Source: an uncultured Chitinophagaceae bacterium
GTDB taxonomy: Bacteria; Bacteroidota; Ignavibacteria; UBA10030; UBA8401
Direction of reading: 5' to 3'
Length of the DNA stretch: 64,000 nt
Assembly (NCBI GenBank): GCA_964371615.1
Contig: CAYJMS010000001.1
Coordinates: forward strand, 688,436-752,435
Program-made: the position numbers and the translations under genes
Part shown: positions 9,235 to 18,204 of the stretch, in pieces
Numbering within the stretch: position 1 is the stretch's first letter
Layout: every line of letters starts with the position of its first letter
Notes under the pieces: model-generated
The model's database searches: none
What the model saw: only the letters and a program-made list of their open reading frames with translations
Told to the model about the DNA's origin: nothing

Positions 9235-9264
9235 AGGGACGTCACATGCGTCCCTATTTTTCTT
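9235..9264 (+). promoter_or_regulatory. Terminator/attenuator-like hairpin (AGGGACG-TCACAT-GCGTCCCT followed by ATTTTTCTT) abutting the hisB start codon
   Basis: 8-bp perfect stem, then a T-rich tract that runs directly into ATG 9265. No Shine-Dalgarno for hisB is visible. Confidence 0.4.
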
Positions 9265-9849
9265 ATGCGCAAAGCTACGATAAAAAGAATTACTAAAGAG
9301 ACTAAAATCTCTGCAACCGTTGACCTGAATGGAGCGGGAAAATCCGCCGTCTCGACGGGCATCGGTTTTCTCGATCACATGCTCGATCTCTTTGCCAAAC
9401 ATGGCTTGTTCGATATCTCCGTACAATGCAAAGGCGATCTTTATGTAGACGATCATCATACGACGGAGGATGTTGGAATTGCATTGGCAAAAGCTTTTGC
9501 AGCAGCGCTGGGGGAAAAGAAAGGTGTGACGCGATATGGTATCGCCTATGTGCCGATGGACGAATCGCTTGCACGGTGTGTTATCGATCTTAGCGGACGA
9601 TCTGCTCTTGTTTTTAGGGCGGAATTCAACCGGAAGAAAGTCGGCGATCTTTCTACGGAAATGATCGAACATTTTTTCCAATCCTTTGCCGATAACTGTA
9701 AAGCGAACATCCACCTCGAAATTTTGTACGGGAAAAATACACACCATAAAATCGAAGCATTGTTTAAAGCATTTGCCCGTGCAATGCGGCAGGCATGCGA
9801 GCAAGATCCGCGTGTCAAGGGTGTGCTCTCCACCAAAGGAAAATTGTAA
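9265..9849 (+). CDS. hisB: Imidazoleglycerol-phosphate dehydratase
   Basis: 194 aa with IGFLDHMLDLFAKHG and DDHHTTED motifs. Confidence 0.93.
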   Translation: MRKATIKRITKETKISATVDLNGAGKSAVSTGIGFLDHMLDLFAKHGLFDISVQCKGDLYVDDHHTTEDVGIALAKAFAAALGEKKGVTRYGIAYVPMDESLARCVIDLSGRSALVFRAEFNRKKVGDLSTEMIEHFFQSFADNCKANIHLEILYGKNTHHKIEALFKAFARAMRQACEQDPRVKGVLSTKGKL

Positions 9850-9920
9850 CAACAACAGATGAGAGATTTGAAGAGCAACTCTCCGGGCGTCAACACTGCG
9901 ACTTTCGTGCATTCATAATT

Positions 9921-10517
9921 ATGATCGGTATTATCGATTATCATTTAAATAATCTTCGGTCCGTACAGAAAGCGTTTGAAAAGGCCGGTGTTCGGTCCTT
10001 CATTTCTGACAAAGGACACGAATTACGCACGGCGGAGAAGATCGTTCTGCCGGGAGTCGGTGCATTCGGTACGGCGATGGAAAATTTGAAGAAACTCGGA
10101 CTGATCGAGATTCTCAACGACCACGTTTCTTCACGTCAACCGATGTTGGGAATTTGTCTTGGCATGCAGTTATTGTTCACCACAAGTCATGAATTGGGTG
10201 ACCATGGGGGATTGGGATATCTTCGTGGCGAGGTGCGGCAATTCTCTCCATCGGTTAAGGTGCCACACATGGGTTGGAATCAGATCGAAATAGTGAAAAA
10301 ATCCCCGGTGGTGAAAAACGTTGTCGAAAACAGTTTCGCATATTTTGTCCACTCCTATTACGTTGTACCGCTCGATGATGTGACTGTTGCAGAGACCGAG
10401 TACGGACATCGGTTTGCATCAATTGTACAGAAAGAGAATATATTTGGTATTCAGTTCCATCCCGAAAAAAGTCAGGAAACAGGACTGCAACTGTTGAAAA
10501 ATTTTGCGTCATTGTAA
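9921..10517 (+). CDS. hisH: Imidazole glycerol phosphate synthase, glutamine amidotransferase subunit
   Basis: MIGIIDYHLNNLRSV..LPGVGAFG..GICLGMQLL..FHPE class I GATase triad motifs. The ORF-track start at 9795 is an upstream in-frame extension; the ATG at 9921 fits HisH N-termini. Confidence 0.9.
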   Translation: MIGIIDYHLNNLRSVQKAFEKAGVRSFISDKGHELRTAEKIVLPGVGAFGTAMENLKKLGLIEILNDHVSSRQPMLGICLGMQLLFTTSHELGDHGGLGYLRGEVRQFSPSVKVPHMGWNQIEIVKKSPVVKNVVENSFAYFVHSYYVVPLDDVTVAETEYGHRFASIVQKENIFGIQFHPEKSQETGLQLLKNFASL

Positions 10518-10529
10518 AAGATTAAAACC

Positions 10530-11294
10530 ATGATACTGATTTTACCGGCGATCGACATAAAGAATGGCCGCTGTGTTCGGCTGGTCCAGGGTGCGCCCGG
10601 AACGGAAAAGATCTATTCCGATGATCCCGTGCAAATGGCAGTGCTGTGGCGCGGTGAAAATGCAAAAACACTCCATGTAGTCGACCTGGACGGTGCATTC
10701 GGCGGAACGATGCAAAATCTTGAAGTACTTCGCCGGATGATCGCGGCAGTCGATATTCCTATCCAGGTTGGGGGCGGCATACGCACCTACGACCAGGTAC
10801 AACAATTACTGGAATGCGGAATTTATCGCATCGTCATCGGCACGTCGGCTATCGACGATCCTGATCTTGTGGCGCGCTGCGTCACCGACTTTGGCGCACG
10901 GAAGATCGTCGTTGGCATCGATGCAAAGAACGGCGTCGTTATGACAAAAGGATGGCAGGAAAACACCGGTATCGAAGCAGTTTCGCTGGCATTGAATATG
11001 AAAGCGCTCGGCGTTTGTCGTATCGTCTACACGGATATCTCTCGTGACGGCATGCTGACGGGACCGAATTTTTCAGCTATTCAAGAAATGGCGCAAAAGA
11101 CTGGATTGCGCGTCACCGCATCGGGAGGCGTGTCGGGATACCAGGATCTGATCGGTTTGCAAGAACTTGAAAAATTCGGAGTCGATTCCGTTATTATCGG
11201 CAAGGCGCTGTATGAAAATAAATTTTCGTGTCAGGCTTTGTGGAGAGCCAACGAGAGGGAATTGGACGATCTCGGTCCTACACGGAGAATTTAA
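10530..11294 (+). CDS. hisA: ProFAR isomerase (1-(5-phosphoribosyl)-5-[(5-phosphoribosylamino)methylideneamino]imidazole-4-carboxamide isomerase)
   Basis: [18 protein letters not shown]...VGGGIR..SGGV motifs. Confidence 0.9.
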   Translation: MILILPAIDIKNGRCVRLVQGAPGTEKIYSDDPVQMAVLWRGENAKTLHVVDLDGAFGGTMQNLEVLRRMIAAVDIPIQVGGGIRTYDQVQQLLECGIYRIVIGTSAIDDPDLVARCVTDFGARKIVVGIDAKNGVVMTKGWQENTGIEAVSLALNMKALGVCRIVYTDISRDGMLTGPNFSAIQEMAQKTGLRVTASGGVSGYQDLIGLQELEKFGVDSVIIGKALYENKFSCQALWRANERELDDLGPTRRI

Positions 11295-11328
11295 CTGCAA
11301 TGGGGAAGACGTTTTTGAAGGAAGTCGA

Positions 11329-12087
11329 GTGTTAGCAAAGAGAATTATACCGTGTCTTGATGTCGATAACGGACGGGTTGTTAAAGGGATCAATTTTGTC
11401 GAATTGGTGGATGCCGGCGATCCGGTGGAACAGGCAAAGTTCTACAATGCGGAAGGGGCGGATGAATTGATCTTTCTCGACATTACGGCATCGTCAGAAG
11501 ACCGTGCGACAGTCATCGATATGGTGCGCAGAACTGCGGAGGAAGTGACAATTCCGTTCACCATCGGCGGCGGAATTCGCACGGCGGCTGATATGCGCGT
11601 GATGCTGCGGAACGGTGCGGATAAAGTCTGCGTCAATACTGCCGCGGTTAAGAATCCCGAATTGCTGAAAGAAGGAGCGTCCGTCTTCGGCGTACAGTGC
11701 ATTGTTGTCGCCATCGATGCAAAAAAAACCGCGGAGAAGAAATGGAAAGTGTTCATCCACGGCGGCAGGACCGAGACGGTATTGGATGCGGTTGAATGGG
11801 CGCAGCAGGCAGAAGAATCCGGTGCCGGAGAAATTATGCTCACCAGCATGGATCGGGACGGAACGAAGGATGGATACGATCTCGATTTGTTGAAAGCTGT
11901 CTGTTCTGCCGTCAGGATACCGGTCATTGCCAGCGGCGGAGCGGGAAATTTGGAGCATCTCTACGAAGCGTTCAGTGTTGCCGACGCTGATGCGGTCCTC
12001 GCCGCATCCATTTTCCACTTCCGTCAGTATACGATCGGCCAGGCAAAAGAATATTTAAAGAATAAAAATATCCACGTACGAATATAA
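11329..12087 (+). CDS. hisF: Imidazole glycerol phosphate synthase cyclase subunit
   Basis: GTG start gives [20 protein letters not shown], the typical HisF N-terminus. IGGGIR and ASGGAG motifs are present. Confidence 0.9.
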   Translation: MLAKRIIPCLDVDNGRVVKGINFVELVDAGDPVEQAKFYNAEGADELIFLDITASSEDRATVIDMVRRTAEEVTIPFTIGGGIRTAADMRVMLRNGADKVCVNTAAVKNPELLKEGASVFGVQCIVVAIDAKKTAEKKWKVFIHGGRTETVLDAVEWAQQAEESGAGEIMLTSMDRDGTKDGYDLDLLKAVCSAVRIPVIASGGAGNLEHLYEAFSVADADAVLAASIFHFRQYTIGQAKEYLKNKNIHVRI

Positions 12088-12139
12088 TTTAAATGCGCAC
12101 GGGCCACGGTGGATTACCGTGAAGTGCGAACAGCACGCT

Positions 12140-12529
12140 ATGAAAATACTTGAAACAGTGAAGTTCGACTCCTATGGTCTTGTTCCGGCAATCGCTCAGG
12201 ACGACCGTTCAGGCGAGGTCTTGATGATGGCATGGATGAATCGCGAGAGCCTGGAAGAAACCATCCGAACGCGCCGGGCGGTCTACTGGAGCCGGTCGCG
12301 AAAAAAGGTATGGCGGAAAGGGGAGGAATCCGGACATGTGCAGGAAGTTCTCTCCATTCATCTTGATTGTGATGCCGACGTTCTCCTGCTTCGGGTGAAC
12401 CAGATCGGCGGAGCGGCATGTCATACCGGACACCGCAGTTGCTTCTATCGCGAAGTGACCGGCGGCGGTAACGAACTTACAGTAAAGGGCAACGTCGTTT
12501 TCGATCCGGCCGTTGTGTATAAAAAATGA
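12140..12529 (+). CDS. hisI: Phosphoribosyl-AMP cyclohydrolase (monofunctional HisI)
   Basis: [22 protein letters not shown]...LMMAWMN...CHTGHRSCF zinc-site motifs. Confidence 0.9.
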   Translation: MKILETVKFDSYGLVPAIAQDDRSGEVLMMAWMNRESLEETIRTRRAVYWSRSRKKVWRKGEESGHVQEVLSIHLDCDADVLLLRVNQIGGAACHTGHRSCFYREVTGGGNELTVKGNVVFDPAVVYKK

Positions 12530-13431
12530 AAGTGACGATTATCGGACATTTTTGCGTCGATGTGTTCCATCGATCCGACGGCAGTGAAGAAAAAAAACTC
12601 GGCGGTATTTATCATGCCATTGCCGCAATGGCAAGTCTCGCTTCCGACCAAGACCGGCTTTTTCCGGTCTTCGGAGCCGGAGAAGCGGAAATAAGCCAGA
12701 TTACTTCGTCGTTGTCGGTATATCCGAACGTCGATCTCAGCGGCATGTTCGTTCAGCCGAACGGGTCGAACGTCGTCCACTACTTTGATGAACGGCCGAA
12801 CGAATGCGTCGAGAACATTTCCGCACCGATTCCGTTTGAAACGATCGAACCGTTTCTCGCCGTTGACGGTGTTTATATCAATATGATTTCCGGATCGGAC
12901 ATCACACTGGAGACGCTGGATCATATTCGTCTGGCGGTGCGAAGCCGGAAAACGCCCATCCACTTTGACATGCACTGCCTGACGCTGGGCATCAATCCGG
13001 ACGGAACCAGGTTCCGACGGGCAATGAGCGATTGGCGGCGGTGGTGCTTTATGATCGATAGTGTCCAGATGAATGAGGAAGAAGCCCGAGGAATTACGCT
13101 TGAACAGTACGGCGATGAAGCATTTGCCAAACAGATGATGCCCCTCATGGTAAAGGCGTTCGTCGTTACCAGGGGAAAAATGGGTGCGACAGTATATCGG
13201 GACGAGCATAAAGTGCTGAAACGAATCGATGTTAATGGCGACGCCAACGAAGATCCGGTGTCGGATATAGGCAGCGGGGATATTTTCGGTGCAGCGTTCC
13301 TGTTCGCGTTTCTCAAGAAGAACAATTATGCGGAAGCCGCATCCATCGCCCATGCGGTTGCTGCATACAGCACACGTTTTCCGGTTGCCGACAAACATCG
13401 GGAACTCCGCGCACAGAGGACTTTGCTATGA
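12526..13431 (+). CDS. PfkB-family carbohydrate/nucleoside kinase (ribokinase-like)
   Basis: 301 aa with IGHFCVD start and a C-terminal DxxGAGDxF-like motif ([12 protein letters not shown]). ATGA overlap with hisI. Confidence 0.75.
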   Translation: MKVTIIGHFCVDVFHRSDGSEEKKLGGIYHAIAAMASLASDQDRLFPVFGAGEAEISQITSSLSVYPNVDLSGMFVQPNGSNVVHYFDERPNECVENISAPIPFETIEPFLAVDGVYINMISGSDITLETLDHIRLAVRSRKTPIHFDMHCLTLGINPDGTRFRRAMSDWRRWCFMIDSVQMNEEEARGITLEQYGDEAFAKQMMPLMVKAFVVTRGKMGATVYRDEHKVLKRIDVNGDANEDPVSDIGSGDIFGAAFLFAFLKKNNYAEAASIAHAVAAYSTRFPVADKHRELRAQRTLL

Positions 13432-14339
13432 AGCGTGTGTTGGTCTGCGGCAGCAACGGGTTGCTCGGACAACGGCTGGCGATGCTGTTCGACGGGAAAT
13501 CCGACTACGAAGTGCTGCATACCTCGCACCATCGGACATTTGCTCTGGATGAACCGCATATCGATTATACGCAGCTCGATATTGCGAACAAAAGCGATGT
13601 AAAAAGCCTGGTCTCCAGTTATCGGCCGGATGTTGTGTTGAATGCCGCTGCCATGACCAATGTGGATGAATGCGAAACTCACCGCGAACTCGCGTGGAAA
13701 CATAACGTGACAGCGGTGGAGAATCTCGTGGAAGTGTGTCGGCGAATCAATGCGAAATTAGTGCATGTCTCCACCGATTATGTTTTTGACGGCATGAGTG
13801 GAAAATATACGGAAGAGGACAGGGCGCATCCGGTTAATTATTACGGCAAAACAAAACTCGCCGGTGAGAATGTGATACGATCGAGCGGTATCGATTATGC
13901 CATTCTCAGAACCGTGCTCCTCTACGGCGTCGGCGTCGGGGTGAAAAACAATTTTGCGTTATGGGTAATCGACAATCTGACCGAAAAAAAGGAGATTCGC
14001 TGCGTCGATGATCAGATCAGCAATCCGACGCACGTCCACGATCTGGCCATGGCGGTAAAAACAGCAGCCGACGAACCGGTGTCGGGTGTGTTCCATATCA
14101 GCGGTTCGGAGATCGTGAGCCGGTACGCGTTTGCCGTGAAGGCGGCAGAGCTTTTTGGATTCGATTCTCAGTGTATACGCCGTGTGAAATCCGCGGACAT
14201 TCCGCGGCCGGCACTGCGGCCGATGAACACATCGTTTGTGATCGACAAAGCGCAGCGCGTATTGCGGTATCAACCGATGAATGTCACACAGGGCTTAACG
14301 CTATTCCATCAAGAACTAACGGGGATTGTGCTTAACTAA
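13428..14339 (+). CDS. RmlD-like NAD(P)-dependent sugar-nucleotide reductase (dTDP-4-dehydrorhamnose reductase family)
   Basis: GSNGLLGQ Rossmann motif, VHVSTDYVFDG and YYGKTK catalytic YxxxK. ATGA overlap with the upstream kinase. Confidence 0.75.
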   Translation: MKRVLVCGSNGLLGQRLAMLFDGKSDYEVLHTSHHRTFALDEPHIDYTQLDIANKSDVKSLVSSYRPDVVLNAAAMTNVDECETHRELAWKHNVTAVENLVEVCRRINAKLVHVSTDYVFDGMSGKYTEEDRAHPVNYYGKTKLAGENVIRSSGIDYAILRTVLLYGVGVGVKNNFALWVIDNLTEKKEIRCVDDQISNPTHVHDLAMAVKTAADEPVSGVFHISGSEIVSRYAFAVKAAELFGFDSQCIRRVKSADIPRPALRPMNTSFVIDKAQRVLRYQPMNVTQGLTLFHQELTGIVLN

Positions 14340-14340
14340 T

Positions 14341-15141
14341 ATGAAAACACTGAATCAGGTCTTTGCTGTCGCTCTCTCTGCACTTCTTCTTTTTTCCTGT
14401 TCATCGACAAAAGATGCGGCGTCGGATGCCGACAAGCTCAAGAGGCCGTCGGCGCCGATTACATCAACGGTGAAAATCCTCTCGATTAATCTTGCCCATA
14501 GTCTGCAGGATAAAACGGATGTCAAACAGTTCGCCGAATGGGTGAAAACCACCGGTGCGGAAGTCGTTGCCGTCCAACAAATTACACGGCCCAGGGAATC
14601 GCAGCAGGGTTTCGATTCCTACAGGGAATTGCTGAACCGTCTCGATATGCGCGGAACATTTGCAAAAGCACGATATTTTCAAGGATGGGATTCAGGGAAT
14701 GCCCTGCTGAGCATGTATCCGCTGCTGCAGTCGAACGCCTATACGCTTCCAGTCGGCAAGGGAAAAGTACGCCGGTCGCTCTCTTTCGGCGTTTTTGAAC
14801 TCGGACTGAAGTCGGTCGCTTTTGCTTCAACCGATCTCGACGACGTTGACAGCGACGAACGGCTCAAGCAGGTGCGAGAGATTTTCTCCATACAAAAATC
14901 GCTCGAGGAATTCCCGATGATTGTAACGGGAAATTTCGGGGAGCGGTCCAACGGACAATCGTCGGCGGCAATGTCGGCGCAGTACCAGGCATCGCATTCG
15001 ACGTCCGACCAATTATCGGTTGTGACGCAGCACGTCTATGTGCCGAAGCAAAAAAAGATGACCATCCTCTCAGCGGAAAAGGTTTTCTACAAACCGTTGA
15101 ACCAAAACGGTGTTATCGTTACAGTGCAACTTGAACAATAA
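14341..15141 (+). CDS. Endonuclease/exonuclease/phosphatase (EEP) family lipoprotein
   Basis: Signal peptide plus lipobox (LLFSCSS). KILSINLAH start of the EEP fold. Start at MKTLNQ, a few nt after the previous stop. Confidence 0.5.
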   Translation: MKTLNQVFAVALSALLLFSCSSTKDAASDADKLKRPSAPITSTVKILSINLAHSLQDKTDVKQFAEWVKTTGAEVVAVQQITRPRESQQGFDSYRELLNRLDMRGTFAKARYFQGWDSGNALLSMYPLLQSNAYTLPVGKGKVRRSLSFGVFELGLKSVAFASTDLDDVDSDERLKQVREIFSIQKSLEEFPMIVTGNFGERSNGQSSAAMSAQYQASHSTSDQLSVVTQHVYVPKQKKMTILSAEKVFYKPLNQNGVIVTVQLEQ

Positions 15142-15162
15142 AACAGACCGGGAAAAATCGTC

Positions 15163-16428
15163 ATGCTCGACATAAAATTTATCAGGGATAATGTCCAACT
15201 CGTAAAGAACGGAATCAAAGCAAAGAATGCCGACGATCGAATCGACGAGATCATCCATGGGGATGAACGACGGCGTGCATTGATCGCCGAAGTGGAAGTA
15301 TTGAAATCAAAACGGAACGATGTCTCCGCGTCAATCGGTTTGATGAAGAAAAAAGGAGAAGATGCGAGTGCCGTCATAGCGGAAATGAACGACGTGAAAA
15401 TCCGCATTCAACAGATCGATGAAGAACTGAAATCGGTCGAGACCACGCTCTACGATCTGCTGTTGACTGTGCCGAATATTCCGCATCCCACCGTACCGGT
15501 GGGGAACACCCCCGATGAGAACAGAACGGTGTTTGAATGGGGAGAAAAGCCGAAAAATGATTTTCCGATGAAACCGCACTGGGATCTGACACACTCCCTC
15601 GGCATCATCGATTTTGACAGAGGATCGAAAGTGGCCGGTGCAGGATTTCCGTTCTATGTGGGCAAAGGAGCGATGCTGCAGCGAGCACTGATCAACTTCT
15701 TTCTTGACCAGGCAGCAGTGCACGGATACACGGAGATGCAGCCGCCGATCGTTGTCAATGAAGAAAGTGCCCGCGGAACGGGACAGATTCCGGATAAAGA
15801 GGATCTGATGTACGTAGCGACGCGCGATGAATTGTTCATGATTCCGACGGCCGAAGTACCGGTCACAAACTTCCACCGGAAGGAAACGTTTGATGAGAAA
15901 GAATTGCCGATAAAGTATTGTGCATACACGCCCTGTTTCCGCCGTGAAGCGGGTTCGTACGGGAAAGATGTCCGCGGGCTGAACCGGCTGCATCAATTTG
16001 ACAAGGTCGAGCTGGTGAAATTCGTTCATCCGTCGACGTCGTACGATGAGTTGGAAGCGCTCCGCGCCGATGCAGAAAAATTGTTGCAGATACTCGAGAT
16101 TCCCTACCGTGTACTGTTGATGTGTACGGGAGATATGGGTTTTACGCAGACCAAAAAATACGATCTTGAGGTGTGGGCAGCCGGGCAGCAAAAATGGCTG
16201 GAGGTGTCCTCCTGCAGTAATTTCGAGACATTTCAGGCTCGGCGGATGAACATTAAATATAAATCCCGCGATACCGGCAAACAGGAATTCGTCCATACGC
16301 TCAACGGTTCCGGTCTGGCGTTACCGCGCATTGTTGCCGCGCTCATTGAGAATAACCAGACACCCGAAGGGAAAGTAATCGTGCCGAAAGCGCTCCAGCA
16401 GTACACCCGTTTTGCACTCATCGAGTAA
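15163..16428 (+). CDS. serS: Seryl-tRNA synthetase
   Basis: 421 aa with the N-terminal coiled-coil arm and class II aaRS motifs 2 and 3 (FRRE, GSGLALPR). Confidence 0.95.
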   Translation: MLDIKFIRDNVQLVKNGIKAKNADDRIDEIIHGDERRRALIAEVEVLKSKRNDVSASIGLMKKKGEDASAVIAEMNDVKIRIQQIDEELKSVETTLYDLLLTVPNIPHPTVPVGNTPDENRTVFEWGEKPKNDFPMKPHWDLTHSLGIIDFDRGSKVAGAGFPFYVGKGAMLQRALINFFLDQAAVHGYTEMQPPIVVNEESARGTGQIPDKEDLMYVATRDELFMIPTAEVPVTNFHRKETFDEKELPIKYCAYTPCFRREAGSYGKDVRGLNRLHQFDKVELVKFVHPSTSYDELEALRADAEKLLQILEIPYRVLLMCTGDMGFTQTKKYDLEVWAAGQQKWLEVSSCSNFETFQARRMNIKYKSRDTGKQEFVHTLNGSGLALPRIVAALIENNQTPEGKVIVPKALQQYTRFALIE

Positions 16429-16443
16429 GGGGATCCCGCATCC

Positions 16444-18204
16444 ATGAAATCTCTCCTGCGGCTTCTTCCGTATCTCACCAAATACAAGACCACACTTGCC
16501 TGGGGATTGGTGACCGTTATTGTCACCAATCTCTTCACCGTAGCCACGCCCTGGTTTATCGGCATGGCGATCGATGAATTGAAGTGGGGCATCGAACGGC
16601 AGTCGCTCCACTATACCGATCTGTTTTGGTACTCCGGTCTTATCGTCGGGTTTTCCGCCATTGCGGGCGTAATGCTTTTTCTGACACGCCAGACGATCAT
16701 TGTCGTCTCCCGGAAGATTGAATATGATCTCCGGAACGATTTTCTTTCCCACATACAAAAACTGCCGTACAGTTATTTCCAGAACACGCCCACCGGCGAT
16801 CTGATGGCGCTGGCAACGAACGATATCAGCGCTGTACGAAACGTGCTCGGGCCGGGAATTATGTACCCGTCGGACACATTGATGACGCTGTCAATGTCTC
16901 TTGTCTTGATGTTTGTGAAAGATTGGCAACTCACATTGCTGGCGCTCATTCCAATGCCGCTGGTGTCGATTGCGGTCTACCGGCTCGGTAAAATGATCCA
17001 TAAGAAATTCGATGAACGGCAGGAACAGTATGCCGAATTGACAACCAGAGCGCAGGAGAATCTTTCCGGTGCCCGGGTGGTGAAAGCCTACGTCCGTGAA
17101 GAGTATGAGATCGAACAGTTCCGAAAGGTGAGCTGGGACTATTTCAAGAAGAATCTCGTTCTTGCCAGGATTCAATCGATTATGTGGCCGCTGATGTTTA
17201 TTCTGGTCGGACTCTCACTGTTGATCACGATTTATGTCGGCGGATTGAAAGTAATCGACGGATCGATGACCATCGGCACGCTTACCGCGTTCTTCACATA
17301 TCTCTCCCTGTTGATCTGGCCGATGATTGCCCTGGGATGGGTGACCAATATGTGGCAGCAGGGGGCAGCCTCCATGCTTCGATTGGCGAAGATCTTCGAA
17401 ACGGTACCGGAGATCCGCGATACCGAAGAAACCGATCATAGCATCACGGCGGTGGACGGTACGATCGAATTCAAGAACGTCCAATTTACTCATCAGTCGG
17501 GTACCGCATCGACGCTCGCCGATATCAATTTACGGATTCCGAAAGGATCGGTCCTTGCGATCGTCGGATATACCGGCGCAGGAAAAAGTACGTTGGTCAA
17601 TCTGATTCCCCGATTGTATGATGTTACCGGCGGGGAAGTGTTGATCGACGGTATCAACATTAAGAAAATTCCGTTGGAGGTGCTGAGAAAGAGCATCGGT
17701 TATGTTCCGCAGGAAACGTTCTTATTCTCGGAGTCCATCGCGGAAAATATCCGGTACGGTAATGACGATGCGCACCGCGAACTGATCCATGAAGCGGCGG
17801 AAATTTCGCACATTGCACGGGATGTTGCCGATTTCCCGCAGCGGTTTGACACCATGCTCGGAGAACGGGGCATCACACTTTCCGGCGGGCAAAAACAGCG
17901 CACAAGTATTGCACGGGCTGTGCTGCGCAATCCAAAAATCCTGATTCTGGATGACGCACTTTCCGCGGTGGACACACATACGGAAGCGGAGATTCTTGAA
18001 AGACTCCGGAGGGTAATGAAGGACCGGACCAGTATCATTATCTCGCACCGAATTTCCACTGTTCAGCAGGCCGATGCGATTGTTGTGATCGACAAAGGAT
18101 CCGTCGTCGAACAGGGCACGCACGATGATTTGATTGCACGGGGGGGCATTTACGCCGGTCTCTACGAAAAGCAGCAACTGGAAAAAGAACTGGAAGCACT
18201 CTGA
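16444..18204 (+). CDS. ABC exporter, fused permease-ATPase (MsbA/multidrug type), subunit 1
   Basis: 6-TM N-terminal domain; Walker A GYTGAGKST, signature LSGGQKQR, Walker B ILILDDA. Confidence 0.9.
   Translation: MKSLLRLLPYLTKYKTTLAWGLVTVIVTNLFTVATPWFIGMAIDELKWGIERQSLHYTDLFWYSGLIVGFSAIAGVMLFLTRQTIIVVSRKIEYDLRNDFLSHIQKLPYSYFQNTPTGDLMALATNDISAVRNVLGPGIMYPSDTLMTLSMSLVLMFVKDWQLTLLALIPMPLVSIAVYRLGKMIHKKFDERQEQYAELTTRAQENLSGARVVKAYVREEYEIEQFRKVSWDYFKKNLVLARIQSIMWPLMFILVGLSLLITIYVGGLKVIDGSMTIGTLTAFFTYLSLLIWPMIALGWVTNMWQQGAASMLRLAKIFETVPEIRDTEETDHSITAVDGTIEFKNVQFTHQSGTASTLADINLRIPKGSVLAIVGYTGAGKSTLVNLIPRLYDVTGGEVLIDGINIKKIPLEVLRKSIGYVPQETFLFSESIAENIRYGNDDAHRELIHEAAEISHIARDVADFPQRFDTMLGERGITLSGGQKQRTSIARAVLRNPKILILDDALSAVDTHTEAEILERLRRVMKDRTSIIISHRISTVQQADAIVVIDKGSVVEQGTHDDLIARGGIYAGLYEKQQLEKELEAL

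Noticed and set aside
8933-9264. Checked the hisB leader for a T-box riboswitch or His-codon-rich leader peptide
   Set aside because: No T-box consensus (GGGTGGNACCGCG) and the upstream ORF has only two His codons, not consecutive; reported instead as a hairpin plus upstream-ORF coupling.
9148-9912. 254-aa ORF on the minus strand
   Set aside because: Entirely antisense to hisB/hisH, which have unmistakable conserved motifs; no recognisable domain; typical shadow ORF.
12445-13398. 317-aa ORF on the minus strand
   Set aside because: Antisense to the PfkB kinase gene; the plus-strand ORF has family motifs and is translationally coupled to its neighbours.
15331-16296. 321-aa ORF on the minus strand
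   Set aside because: Antisense to serS; no motifs.
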